A DNA stretch of 64,000 bases from Tubulanus polymorphus (lineage: Eukaryota; Animalia; Nemertea). The position numbers and the translations under genes are program-made. Below are positions 1 to 12,684 of this stretch, piece by piece. Below the pieces are notes generated by a model. That model worked only from the letters and a program-made list of their open reading frames with translations. It was not told where the DNA came from and did no database searches. The stretch is from assembly GCF_964204645.1 (NCBI RefSeq), contig NC_134034.1, positions 2,356,072-2,420,071 on the forward strand. Direction: 5' to 3'. Every line of letters starts with the position of its first letter. The first letter of the stretch is position 1.

Positions 1-660
1 CGGGTGGATGTGGGCGGCTTGAGGAGTAACTGTCAGGGTGGATGTGGGTGGCTTGAGGAGTAACAGTTAGGGTGGATGTGGGTGGCTTGAGGAGTAACAG
101 TCAGGGTGGATGTGGGCGGCTTGAGGAGTAGTAGTCAGGGTGGATGTGGGCAGCTTGAGGAGTAGCAGTCAGGATGGATGTGGGCGGCTTGAGGAGTAGT
201 AGTCAGGGTGGATGTGGGCGGCTTGAGGAGTAGTAGTCAGGGTGGATGTGGGCAGCTTGAGGAGTAACAGTAAGGGTGGATGTGGGCGGCTTGAGGAGTA
301 GTAGTCAGGGTGGATGTGGGCAGCTTGAGGAGTAACAGTAAGGGTGGATGTGGGCGGCTTGAGGAGTAACAGTCAGGGTGGATGTGGGCGGCTTGAGTAG
401 TCAGGGTGGATGTGGGCGGCTTGAGGAGTAGTAGTCAGGGTGGATGTGGGCAGCTTGAGGAGTAGTAGTCAGGGTGGATGTGGGCAGCTTGAGGAGTAAC
501 AGTAAGGGTGGATGTGGGCGGCTTGAGGAGTAACAGTCAGGGTGGATGTGGGCGGCTTGAGGAGTAGTCAGGGTGGATGTGGGCGGCTTGAGGAGTAGTA
601 GTCAGGGTGGATGTGGGCAGCTTGAGGAGTAGTAGTCAGGGTGGATGTGGGTGGTTTGAG
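1..660. repeat. 34-bp G-rich minisatellite in an EFTUD2 intron
   Basis: Tandem gggtggatgtgggcggcttgaggagtagtagtca, about 19 copies visible. Confidence 0.95.
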
Positions 661-684
661 GAGGAGCTTATAGGTTGAACGTAC

Positions 685-3600
685 CTGCGCAAATATCTTG
701 TAGAGCGGTTCGAGAATGAATTCGACGAAACTACGCTGTCCGCTCGACGACGCCGGTTTCTTCATAAATCGATGCCTGTCAAACAGAAATCAGATACAAA
801 ATGTCAGATGAAGACCCACGGGCTTCAGTAGGATCAACTGAGTGCAGTTTAATCTTGACCACAAAAATCAATTTGTTCTGGGATTTGCAAAAACGTATAA
901 AAGATGAAATGAAATCTTGGTGCACAGTACCACTATGTAGCGAGCGTGTTCAACTATGATGATGGGTTTTCTTTCCCAATGACTCAATACTAGTACACAC
1001 GATTTTTCTAATAGCATGGTTCCCACAGTTATATGAATTAAAGATTCCCAAGTTTTTCCCAAGTATTTCATGGGCGATATTTTCAATTTTCCAAACTGGA
1101 AATGAACAGATATCGTCATACTACAGTCGACATTTTAGTAGTGACTGGGTGATTAAAAGGTGATTCCCGAGGGAAATCGCTGAAGAAAGTTACCCTTGTG
1201 AAATGCGATACGCGAAATGTAAATGAATTTCCCAAATAATTCCTCGATTCGAGGAAAATTTTTCAAATTCCCAAATATTTCCAAACCGGAAATGATTATT
1301 TCAAAATTCCCAAGTTTTTCGCAATTTCCCCGTTCTGCGGGAACCATGTAATAGACAAATTCTCAAAATTCAAGGAGTTTTCAATTCAAGGTCTTTTAGG
1401 CATTCTGCTCGAATTCAAGGATATTTGAGTACTGTGAAAAACATTTTTTGGTTCAGAAGGAGTTTTCAAGGAAATCGACGTTGGGGGACCCTGGTTGGAT
1501 TCTAGGACAATTGCACCCCTCCCCCCCCCCGAATAAAATCCTTTTTGATTTGGATTAACACCACCTAAGTACTTTACTAAGAAATTCATTTGACGTTGTG
1601 TGCAGATCAAAAACTTAAAATCAGTAAAGAGTAATTAGCTGCACTAATTAGCTAGAATTAGTTCGCTTCGTCTGATTAATTTGAAGTAAATATCTGCGTT
1701 AATTTAAGATTAAAAAGATTTAATTTGGGGGGGGGGGCAATTGTTCCGGGGTGAACTCACGTTTTCGAGTTGTAGTAAACGTCGCCCCACAGTCGTTTGT
1801 AGAACTCGTCGACGTTGATGTCGCCGTACGAGTCGTTGTAGATCGTCGCGAACGACTTCAACGTGAAACTGAACCGGTAATACGAACTGGCGAAGCAGAC
1901 GTTGTTCAACAGCGGCGAAACGACCAACGCTTCCTCGCCCTCCGAGTATAACCTGCAAAACACGACGAAAGAAATCACGATTCAAATACACATTGCATAA
2001 ATAGTTTTCAGGGCGGCCACTTTCATTGACTTGCTTCTTGCCCTGACATGTAGGTTGTTTTTCCTGACTTGATCTGCTAAGAATCCGATCAATTAACACA
2101 GTCACATACTTACGTTAGACATAAACGGTAACCGTTACGATCTAGCTGTTTCAAAAAAAATTCCCCTGACATTTTAACTTTTTCATTGAATATTCCCAGA
2201 CTTTTTTAAAGAAAAGAAAATTTCCCATCTTTTTTTAAAGAAGAGAAAACTTCCCGACATTTTCTGATTTCCACCCATGTACCAATCCCTGAACTTTCAT
2301 TGATTTTTCCCACAAGATTACACAAGATTACACTCAACTTTCTTTATAGAGGGCATCCCCTCAGAAATCATACCGATTTTCGCTATGAAGTAACAAGTAT
2401 ATAGACGGCATCGCCCTCCAAGATACAGCTCTTAGAGCCCGTGAAGTAACTAAGTAAGAACTTACGCGAGCAAGGCGTTGACCTCGTCGATGATGTTGCG
2501 CAGTTTGTAATAGGCGTCGGTCGGCGGCAATTTCAACTCGAGTATCAAGCGATCGATTTTATTGATGCACAACGTGACGGCGAGTTTCTCCTGTATCGCG
2601 TGTTTGATCAGACGCTCGGTGTTCAGCAGAACGCCCTCGGCGGCGTCGACGAATATCACCGCGCCGTCCGCGATACGGAAAACGGCGGTCACCTCGTCCG
2701 AGAAATTCACGTGGCCTAGATAATAAATAGAAATCGCAGTAATTAATTAACCCCTACTTCGCATCTACACCGTGGTGCAGAGTATTAACCGGCGGTGGAC
2801 TTACATCAATACACCGCATCTCGGTGTATTGATGTAACCTGTAACATAGTGAAATATTAGTAACTAATGATACATACACCGCACTGTGGTGTAGACGCAC
2901 TATAGCGGTATACCCGTTATTCAACACATTGGGCATACAAGGCTGCTGCAGCAAAAAAAGGATCCCCTTGTGGCAAGTGAAGATCCACCTGGTTAAAGGA
3001 TCCACCAGGTGTCGCTAGTGTGCAGTAGGACATCGACAACAAGCGATAAAGGATTCCACTAGTGGAAAGTGATGATCCACCAGGTGCCGCTAGTGTGCAG
3101 CAGGACATCGACAACTAGCAATAAACGATTCTACCAGTGGAAAGTGAGGATCCACCAGGTGTCGCTAGTGTGCAGTAGGACATCGACAACTAGCAATAAA
3201 GGATTCCACAAGTGGAAAGTGAGGATCCACCAGGTGTTGCTAGTGTGCAGTAGGACATCGACAACTAGCAATGAGGGATTCCACTAGTGGAAAGTGAGGA
3301 TCCACCAGGTGCCGCTAGTGTGCAGCAGGACATCGACAACTAGCAATAAACGATTCTACCAGTGGAAAGTGAGGATCCACCAGGTGTCGCTAGTGTGCAG
3401 TAGGACATCGACAACTAGCAGTAAGGGATTCCACTAGTGGAAAGTGAGGATCCACCAGGTGTCGCTAGTGTGCAGTAGGACATCGACAACTAGCGATAAA
3501 GGATTCCACTAGTGGAAAGTGATGATCCACCAGGTGTCGCTAGTGTGCAGTAGGACATCGACAACTAGCAATAAAGGATTCCACAAGTGGAAAGTGAGGA

Positions 3601-6600
3601 TCCAATCGGTGTCGCTAGTGTGCAGTAGGACATTAACAACTAGCAATAAAGGATTCCACTAGTGGCAAGTGAGGATTGAGAAGTTGAGTAAAATGCCCCA
3701 TTGGTAGGAACGCTATTTGGTGGGATCGCTGGAGACACAGAATGTTACTTTACCTGGAGTATCGTAAATATTGAACAGGAACGACTTCGACTTAATATCC
3801 GGCAGGAGAAGCGTAACGGGACTCGATTTGATGCTTAAACCGCGCTGAAAAACAACGAACGCAGAAATCAGTTTTCAAATTCGCGAATAAAACCGATGAC
3901 GACGACGAGAAGTAATTGGCGAATGAACTTAATTTGAAAATGTTCAAATTTCCCGATCGTGTAGACGTTCAAATTTGAAAAGTTACCGAATCGCCTTTTT
4001 AAAAATAAACGTACCTCTTGTTCGGTGAAAAGTGTGTCGGTATAACGCAGCTGGATAAAGATAAATATCGAATAAATTATTTTAATGAGAAACCAGGGAA
4101 AACTATCTACTTTAAGCCGTGGCTTTTGAAAACTTTTCCAGGAAAGCTAGTCCTCGATCAAGCTTTTACTTCGACTTTGGCCACCTTACAACTTAAGCTA
4201 ATCTAAGACTCGTCCATATTTGACCTAGTTTTAAGACTTAAGGAGTAATAGGCTACTTACATCTTTGCCCTCCAGTGGAGTAATTTCGGGGTGAGTTTGT
4301 TCCATCAAACAATCGACGAAAGTCGTCTGGAAAAAGAAATATTATTTCTTCTAAAAACTTCTGATGAATGATGTACGTTTTTCAATCGTAACTTTCACAA
4401 CAAGAATCAGATCGATGAACGATGCCAGTGAAGACACTTAAAGACATTCAGATTAACAACGTAAGGGTAGAAGGGAAGGGTACTTACCTTTCCGTGATGC
4501 AAATGGCCGCAAATGGCGATATTTCGAATGAGCTCTGTACCGTCCATGAGATCGGCCATAAATCTGAAAATAAATTCATACATACAGTTATCAAATACGA
4601 CAAGAACTACGAGATATCTTGTAGTGGCAATGATGGCTGAACTGGAACTATGAGATATCTTGTAGTGACAATGATGGCTGAACTGGAACTATGAGATATC
4701 TCATAGTGACAATGATGGCTGAACTGGAACTATGAGATATCTCATAGTGACAATGATGGCTGAACTGGAACTATGAGATATCTCATAGTGACAATGATGG
4801 CTGAACTGGAACTATGAGATATCTCGTAATGACAATGATGGCTGAACTGGAACTATGAGATATCTCATAGTGACAATGATGGCTGAACTGGAACTATGAG
4901 ATATCTCATAGTGACAATGATGGCTGAACTGGAACTATGAGATATCTCATAGTGACAATGATGGCTGAACTGGAACTATGAGATATCTCGTAATGACAAT
5001 GATGGCTGAACTGGAACTATGAGATATCTCGTAATGACAATGATGGCTGAACTGGAACTATGAGGTGACTCATAGTGACAATGATGAGTGAACTGGAACT
5101 ATGAGATATCTTGTGGTGGCAATGGTGACTCAACTGAAACTATGAGATATCTCATAGTGGCAATGATGGCTGAACTGGAACTATGAGATATCTCATAGTG
5201 ACAATGATGGCTGAACTGGAACTATGAGATATCTCGTATGACAATGATGGCTGAACTGGAACTATGAGGTGACTCATAGTGACAATGATGAGTGAACTGG
5301 AACTATGAGATATCTTGTGGTGGCAATGGTGACTCAACTGGAACTATGAGATATCTCATAGTGGCAATGATGGCTGAACTGGCACTATGAGATAACTCAA
5401 TAGTGGTAATGATGGCTGAACTAGAACTATGAGATATCTCATAGTGGCAATGATGGCTGAACTAGAACTATGAGATAACTCATAGTGGCAATGATGGCTG
5501 AACTGGAACTATGAGATATCTCATAGTGACAATGATGGCTGAACCGGAACTACAAGATATCTTAAGAGAGTGGCAATGATGGCTGAACCGGAACTATGAG
5601 ATAACTCAATATAGTAGTAATGATGACTGAACCGTAATTTTGTAAGAGTATACTAATAGCTGGAAGCAAACGCGTTAAGGGTATAAAGGGTTAATAAATG
5701 AACATACTCCATATCGTAAGTGGTCACCGGCAGCTCCTGGTCGACGAGACTCATCGTGAATTTGTGTTTTTTAACGGGCGCGATGATCGGTTCGGTGAGC
5801 GCCTGCGTGTCCTCTTCCTGTACGATCGTTTCGACGTCCGGACCGTAGATCTCCTCGGCCGACGGGTAATACTTCTTATCCTCGTGCAGGACGACTTGCA
5901 TCTCGTTGGCGTCGTCGTCCACGGCGCCTCCTCCCGCGCCGCCGCGATCATCATCCATCTCTTCATCCTGATAAACAGAGAAAAGAATAACAAGAGCGTT
6001 ATTACAGCATTCAATTGCTTCCATCTACGGCCAAAATCTGTTCTTAAGCGGCAGGGGCCGGTTACATAGTCATGGCTTAGACTTTAGACCAACTTAGTTC
6101 TATAGCCAATCTTGCAACTTAAGACCAGTCTTAAGATTTAAGATCACTTTTGGACATAAGTCACGGCTGGTCAACTGGTTGCATAGTCATGGCCTAGACT
6201 TAAGACCAACTTAGTTCTATAGCCAATCTTGCAACTTAAGACCAGTCTTAAGATTTAAGATCACTTTTGGACATAAGTCACGGCTGGTCAACTGGTTGCA
6301 TAGTCATGGCCTAGACTTAAGACCAACTTAGTTCTATAGCCAATCTTGCAACTTAAGACCAGTCTTAAGATTTAAGATCACTTTTGGATGACTTAAGTCA
6401 TGACTATGCAACTGGTTGCATAGTCATGGCCTAGAATTAAGACCAGTCTATGACCAACTTATTTCTGTAGCCAATCTAACAACTTAAGACCATTCTTAGG
6501 ATAGGATTTAAGATCACTTTTGGACGACTTAAGTCATGACTGTGCAACTGGTTGCATAGTCATAGCCTAGACTTAAGACCAGTCTATGACCAACTTAGTT

Positions 6601-6914
6601 CTGTAGCCAATCTAACAACCTAAAACCAGTCTTAAGATTTAAGACCACTTTTGGACTTAAGTCGTGACTGCGGAACCGTGCCCTGGGGTAAACAGGTAGT
6701 GACTATAGGTGGTGCTGTATGTAAATGGTTGGATAGTTTAGCGGTGAAAGGGTTAACGCATGATCGAGGGCGGAATTTACGTTACCTCTTGCGCGTAATC
6801 GTTGTCATCGTTATCATCGTCGTCGAGTTCATCTTCGGTTTCATCGTCGTCGTCGTCGGAATCTAATTCCGGTCCGATGTAATTACCGAACTCGTCGTAT
6901 AAATCGGCGTCCAT
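685..6914 (-). CDS. EFTUD2: U5 snRNP 116 kDa GTPase (Snu114), 5' part; the gene continues beyond the window start
   Basis: GT-AG exons in frame: 6786-6914 ([20 protein letters not shown]...), 5708-5967 ([31 protein letters not shown]), 4488-4563 ([13 protein letters not shown]), 4261-4326, 4015-4050 ([12 protein letters not shown]), 3754-3844 (NIYDTPG), 2466-2715 (HVNFSDEV...[16 protein letters not shown]), 1761-1952, 685-775 ([13 protein letters not shown]). Acceptor at 6923-6924 implies a non-coding first exon, possibly ending near 7831. Confidence 0.97.
2955..3680. repeat. 75-bp tandem repeat; the same family is dispersed at ~29975-30190, 47560-47750, 51545-51630, 52050-52135 and 54260-54930
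   Basis: The tccaccaggt core recurs at 3001, 3076, 3151 and onward with period 75; the copy at 3601 is degenerate. Confidence 0.93.
4600..5640. repeat. 41-bp satellite containing a 20-bp perfect palindrome
   Basis: Unit gaactggaactatgagatatctcatagtgacaatgatggct; ACTATGAGAT|ATCTCATAGT is self-complementary; about 25 copies. Confidence 0.95.
6053..6685. mobile_element. Tandem array of a ~120-140-bp MITE-like element
   Basis: Ends ggggccggttacatagtcatggc...gtcgtgactgcggaaccgtgccc form inverted termini. The same family occurs in opposite orientation at 58167-58575, with remnants at 57757-57900 and 34395-34460. Confidence 0.7.
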
Positions 6915-6981
6915 CGCGACAACTGAAACCAAACGACAAGAATCAGACCTCCTTATTTTGGTGTTTCTTACGGCTGGAGAC

Positions 6982-7226
6982 GCGGGCGCGGATCTAGAGG
7001 GTGGTTTCAGGGGTCGTGACCCCCCTGCTCAGCTAGCAAAAAAATTTGGATTGTTTTCTTGTAGGAATGTACTGACAAAGCGGGTAAACAGTCCCACATA
7101 ATCGGTACCATATCATCTTATGTTTGGCCAAACAATATGCCGTATAGGCCCCCAATCAGAGATTTTAGTCGGCGGTTTAACATTCTTTATGGACCCCTCC
7201 TGGAAAAAATCCTGGATCTGCACCTG
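6982..7226. mobile_element. MITE-like element in the EFTUD2 5' intron
   Basis: Imperfect terminal inverted repeats gcgggcgcggatctag ... ctggatctgcacctg. Confidence 0.45.
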
Positions 7227-9603
7227 AGATGCTGGTGATAAGGTCCCGATTTTGTTGAAAAAAAAAAACGACCCCGTCTAACTGCAGTTTGGGTCACCTA
7301 TCCACTGGGTGGCGCTAGTGTTATTAAAGAATAGTGTTAGGCCTATGGTAAGGTTAGGTACATAACCATTAGGGACACCTAAACTGCAGTCATACCAACA
7401 ACCCGAAAGTAAACATCATACCATGGCTGCAGCCCTGTCAGATAGGTAAGGAAGGAGGCTAAATGGGATAGGCCAGAAGGCAGGGAAGGGATACGGGGTG
7501 GGGGGGGCCCTCAATTTACTAACTACTACATCAAGAAAAAATCTAGAAATGAAATGTTTTATACAATTTCACAGGGTCAAGATTCAGGATGTTCTAAGCT
7601 CAAAGCGGTTATTATTGAATAGACTCGTTGAAACTGGGCTATGAAGTTTTAACCAACAGCAACAAACACTGAAACTAAACGGGGCGCGAACAGACTACTC
7701 TTCAAAGCGAGTATCATCATTTGATAACATTTTTTTTTTCACAAAAGCGGCCTAAAATCGAGTGAAAACTATCCCCGAATAACGAAGAAGAAATTCTTTA
7801 AACGATTCGTTAGGTAGTTTTATTATCTACCTTGTTTTAGTTGATCGTGGAAGAATGTTTTTCTTTTGTTTGAACCGGCGAAAATCTTCACGTTATCCTA
7901 ACGTACTCTAGCGTCCGCTCGGTATTCACGGGGGCCGGGTCACACTTTCATTCAAACGCCATTTTCGTTATTCAATAGATTTGGAAATAATTTCGATATC
8001 TAACAACGAATATAAAAGCGAAAAGATTTTTATTGTAAAACTCCCAACAGATCTATCTTTCTTGATTGATCGGCAGAAGATCGGCTTATTGGTTGAAAAT
8101 AAAGTGATTTACAAAATAGTGGCCCGGCTGAAGTAATCTATGAACGCGGTACAAAAGCGACTCCACTGTTCAGGGTCGTAGAAAATACTCGCTACCCGCG
8201 ACAAAATCGATCAGCGATGGGGGCAGCACCGTCTTGTCTGAACTTAAGCGCGCGTTCAACGCACCTAACGGTTCACTTGATGAGATTCCAGTAAATGTGA
8301 CCACGACCGATTTATAAATTAAAAAGTTTAACGGGTAAATCGTTGAAAATTTCTCCATTTATTCAGGTCAAATAAGTCGATTAATTCGTCGGAATCGGAA
8401 CACGGCTTCAATCGAATATAATATTCATAATATTCAATAAAGTTACAAAGTTCAAAACAAGATAACGTAATAAACATGTATACAAAACACAAGAAAATAC
8501 CACATACATAACAACGTTATTCATATAGAATAACAAGTTATTTCAAATGACAATGCAGGATGCCAATCTCAAAAGTATATCAGTAACATCATAATATCAT
8601 CGAAATATGAAAGGAAACGTTCAAATTAATCGGCAAGGCCATCGGTAACATCATCGCCAATCATCCCATCGTCAATTGCTTTCGTCACTCGATTGGCGGG
8701 GATAAGCGAATGACGATTGACGATTCCGTATTTAGAATTTTGAAATGCTGCGTATTTGAAAAATAAAATACGCAGCTCTTCGTAGCGTTATGAGTATTTA
8801 GTCTGAATACCAGTCGTTGTTTACAAGTTCCCTACAACAGGTTCGTTTGGGGAACGACGGCATAGACTATTGGTATTAACACTGTGAATAATTTTTTGTA
8901 TTCAAACGGAAAAGCCCTCGTCTCCCCTTAGAAAATATAAAAATACGAGTGTATTTTACCACTTTTTTATTTCAAAAAGGCTCATAACCAAAACTTCGCC
9001 GGCCGGCCGATCGTCGTGTATGGAAAAAGGTTTGGACGAGAAACAAATTATCAACTTTGAAGGGCCTAATTTGCTCAGTCGAATCACGACGATGGCTAAA
9101 TTCGGAGGGAGCTGTTGGGAATCAAGTAGTTCATTTTATGGCCTTATTATTAAAGTTCTACGATATTCAGCTGGCTACTGGCGCGTATTCAACCCGGCAG
9201 TAAAACCTTCTAAAGGCTCTCAATGTAAATCCATTCAACGATACAGAGACACAATTGCGGTTTTTCAGAGTTGTTGATATCATTCGCACGCGCTATTGAT
9301 CACAATAATTGGAACACGTCACCGGCTGACCACGGTATGTACAAGCATACAGGCGACCATTCACCTCCGCAATCTCACACTGTGCAGACATGCTTCCGTG
9401 GATTCTCCTGGCGATCATGATCCTGGCGATCTTCGCTGCGCTCCTGTTCCTGCTTCCTGAGGAATGACGTCTTTATGTTTTATGTGTTACTGTTCGTCTC
9501 CGTACTGTCCTGTACTGTTCTGTGTTTATTAATCCGTTCTGTTTTTCAGGGTCTAATCTTTTTTAAATTTCAGGGCCGATTTCTCTGTCGATTTTCAACG
9601 TTC

Positions 9604-10374
9604 TATGGAATAAACCTAATGTCCGAAAGTGTCGGCTCCTTCGCCGGTCATGTGCAGAGGATGTCAGAAAAAGAGTCGGTCAGGAAATGCTGCCCTCTAC
9701 ACGCCCTCATACGGAACACGAAAACCAGGACGACAACTGCTTCACGTTCGTGATCTAACTGCAGAGTGTGCTTGGCGACTTTAATGACGGGCACATCTGT
9801 CGGATTGTTCGCGGTAAAAATGGATCGGTTATACTGGACCGTCACGCCACTAGTATCCATTGGTCCTTGTGACCACTCGGATGAGGGATGATTCTTCTGT
9901 CACGCCTTTGATTTCTGGTATTCATTGAGTCGGGTGAGGGATTGAGTCTACTGTCTCGCCCTTTGATTTCCACTTTGAGTGCTAGTTTTCATTGTGTCCT
10001 TGTGATAACCTCGGGCAGAGATGAAGTCTCTTGTCGGCTTGTGAGTGCTAGTTTCATTGTGTCCTTGTGACCACTCGGGCAGGGATGAAGTCTCTTGTCA
10101 CGCCTTTGGTGCTAGTTGAGATCCTGAATCTCAATTCGGGCAATCTGGTTGTACTGCGCTATTTTTGCTTTGAACAATCGTACAGGTTTGTCAGTTACTA
10201 ACGTCGCCCAGTACACCCTGTGGTTAGATGGTGAGGAGTTGTCATTCAGGTTTTACCGTTCTGTGTGAGGGTGTGTAGAGGGCAGCGAATTCCTGGCTGC
10301 CTCTTTTTCTGGTATCCTCCGCTCATGAACGGCGAAGGAGAGCCGACGCTTTCGGGCATTAGTTTTGTTCCGTA
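9604..10374 (+). ncRNA. Long imperfect RNA hairpin (hpRNA-like), ~230-bp stem
   Basis: 9604-9840 is the imperfect reverse complement of 10140-10374. Differences between arms are strongly biased to G-U pairs on the + strand. The loop contains three ~55-nt direct repeats. Confidence 0.6.
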
Positions 10375-10479
10375 CCAGGTTTTCATTTATGTTCTTTTTT
10401 TTCATTTCAGGACTCCCACAGAAGACGACGACGCCCCAAGAGGACAGAAGATGGCGATGCTACAACAAGACGATACTGA

Positions 10480-10950
10480 ACTCGCCAATCTTGAGAAAGT
10501 TAAGTTGATAAACATGTAAATTACAATTAATCGAAGAATTGTAACTACAAAATATCTTTCTTTTACTCATTTTAGGTACACTTAATCTGAACACGCCCAT
10601 CATGATTAAGAAGATGACTGAGACACCATAGGACGATGAAAAAAGGATGCTCGGCAATCTTGAGAAAGTTAAGTTGATTAACATGTAAATCACAATTAAT
10701 CAGAGAATTGTTGTGTCTACAGAATGTCTTTCTTTTACTCATTTTAGATAAACTTAATCTGAACAGGCCCACCATGGTTAAGAAGATGACGGGGACACCA
10801 TAGGACGATGAAAAAAGAATGCTCGGCAATCGTAAGAAAGGTAAGTTGATACACATGTCAATTACAATTAATCAAAGAATTGTATGACCACAGAAATGTC
10901 GTTCTTTTACTCATTTCAGCCTAACATGAATCTGGAAAGGCCCAGCATGA
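10480..10950 (+). repeat. ~175-bp tandem duplication of exon-like units in a putative spliced non-coding transcript
   Basis: Repeated ...ttttactcattttag acceptors (10575, 10747, 10919), donor-like gttaagt/gtaagt sites, AATAAA near 12155, and no sustained ORF. Confidence 0.55.
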
Positions 10951-12684
10951 AATAAATTAGCCATCTAGATTCTACCGACCAGAAGCGACCACTGAAGACT
11001 CCAGCTTGAATTAAACTCGACAACAAAACACCAAGAGACCTTTCGAAACTGAACCTGGCAGTCTTGATAAAAAGCTAAGTTGATTTTTCATACCTGGGTT
11101 GTATCAAGGGCAGGATGCGTATAGCACTGGAGAGAAGAGAGACGCTGGTGAAGTTCTCAATTTTACTATAATCGTGATTGGAGATTGAAGCTCTGTGGCC
11201 GGTATGTGGTTATTAGTGAATTGAAATCTAAAACAATCGTCGCTCTAATATTACTCGTTAGGTCTCATATGAATATTCTTGGCTGAGTATTGAAGTGTAG
11301 ATAGGCCAGTTACCTTATATTCAGCCTCATATGAAACAGTGATGTATTAATGCTGCTGAACTACTATTAATTATTGTGGTCTTAAGCCGCAATCAATTTC
11401 GATGAATTTTTCTTAACTTATTTAAGCTAAATTCTATCCTGGAAATAATGGTCCATGATTGGTAGATGACAACCGTATAATCAAAATTAATTTGTGAATC
11501 ATAATCAATGCTTATTAGGATGGTCTGCCTCAATGGATGTTCTTTTTTCTTATTTCAGCTAAACTCTATCCTGGAAATAATGGTCTTCGATTGGTAAACG
11601 ACAACCAAAAGTAGACGACTACTGATGCCGATGAAAACTGCAGACGTCCAGATGAGAAGTTGTGGAGCTAGCAGCAGCGAGTTATCGCCCAACGATTGAT
11701 TTCTTCAACAAGGTGGTGGATTTCTACAAACACTATAATTCAGGAGCAGCAGTAGCGGATCTTATAAACAATCGAGGAGCAGCATGGACAATAGCGCATC
11801 TTAAAAAGACTGATCCAGGAGCAGCAGAGACAACAGTGTAACTTATAAACACTGATTACGGAGGAGCAAAGACAATAGTTCATCCTATTAACACTGTCTC
11901 AGGAGCAGTTGGTGCATCTTATAAACACTTGAGGTGCAGCTAGTTAATCGTATAAACACCGACTCAGGAGCATCTATAGTGCATTTTATAAATACTAAGG
12001 AGAAACAGAGACAATAGTGGACTTTAAAGTATAGTAAAGTAATGGTTTATTTTTACACTTCACACTTTTACACTTGTACAAACTGGTCTAGTCAGAAATG
12101 TAGTTCACGAAATTCACTGTTATAACTATTAATTGTTTTAGGGGTACTCTGGTGAATAAAATGTGATTGGTACCGTACAATTTACACGAATGTTTAAACA
12201 ACTATAAACAATATGCGTTATTCAAGGGATGCTGTTCGGGTTGATGTGCACTACGTCATCAATATTGTTTTCGTGACGTAACTGTGCCACACTTTTCGCC
12301 AAGCACAAGTTACTTTAGTGATACCTTGGAGAAAGATAACACATTATACATCGCCAGATATTATCGATAATCAATGTGATGATGACCAATGTAATTGTGT
12401 CAATGTATTTCAATGATCTCATTTATTTGTAAATTATCGAATTATTCGTAAGAAACCGATATTCTAATGTCATCACTGTCGTAATGACGGTGTCGAACAT
12501 TTTAAGACACAGCCGCAGTCAGGATTCGAACCAATGTACTTTCGAGTGACGACATCGATGTTTCCTCAAAACGCCGTAAGATATCGCTGTAGAATCATGA
12601 GAGGAATAGAGATATTTTAATGCATTTGATTTATTCCGACACCACTTTTACAACGTACGAATTCATCGAATTTCATCGCCAAAT

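Noticed and set aside
4600-5640. CRISPR-like array of palindromic repeats
   Set aside because: The sequence between palindromes is constant rather than unique spacers, there are no cas genes, and the context is a eukaryotic intron.
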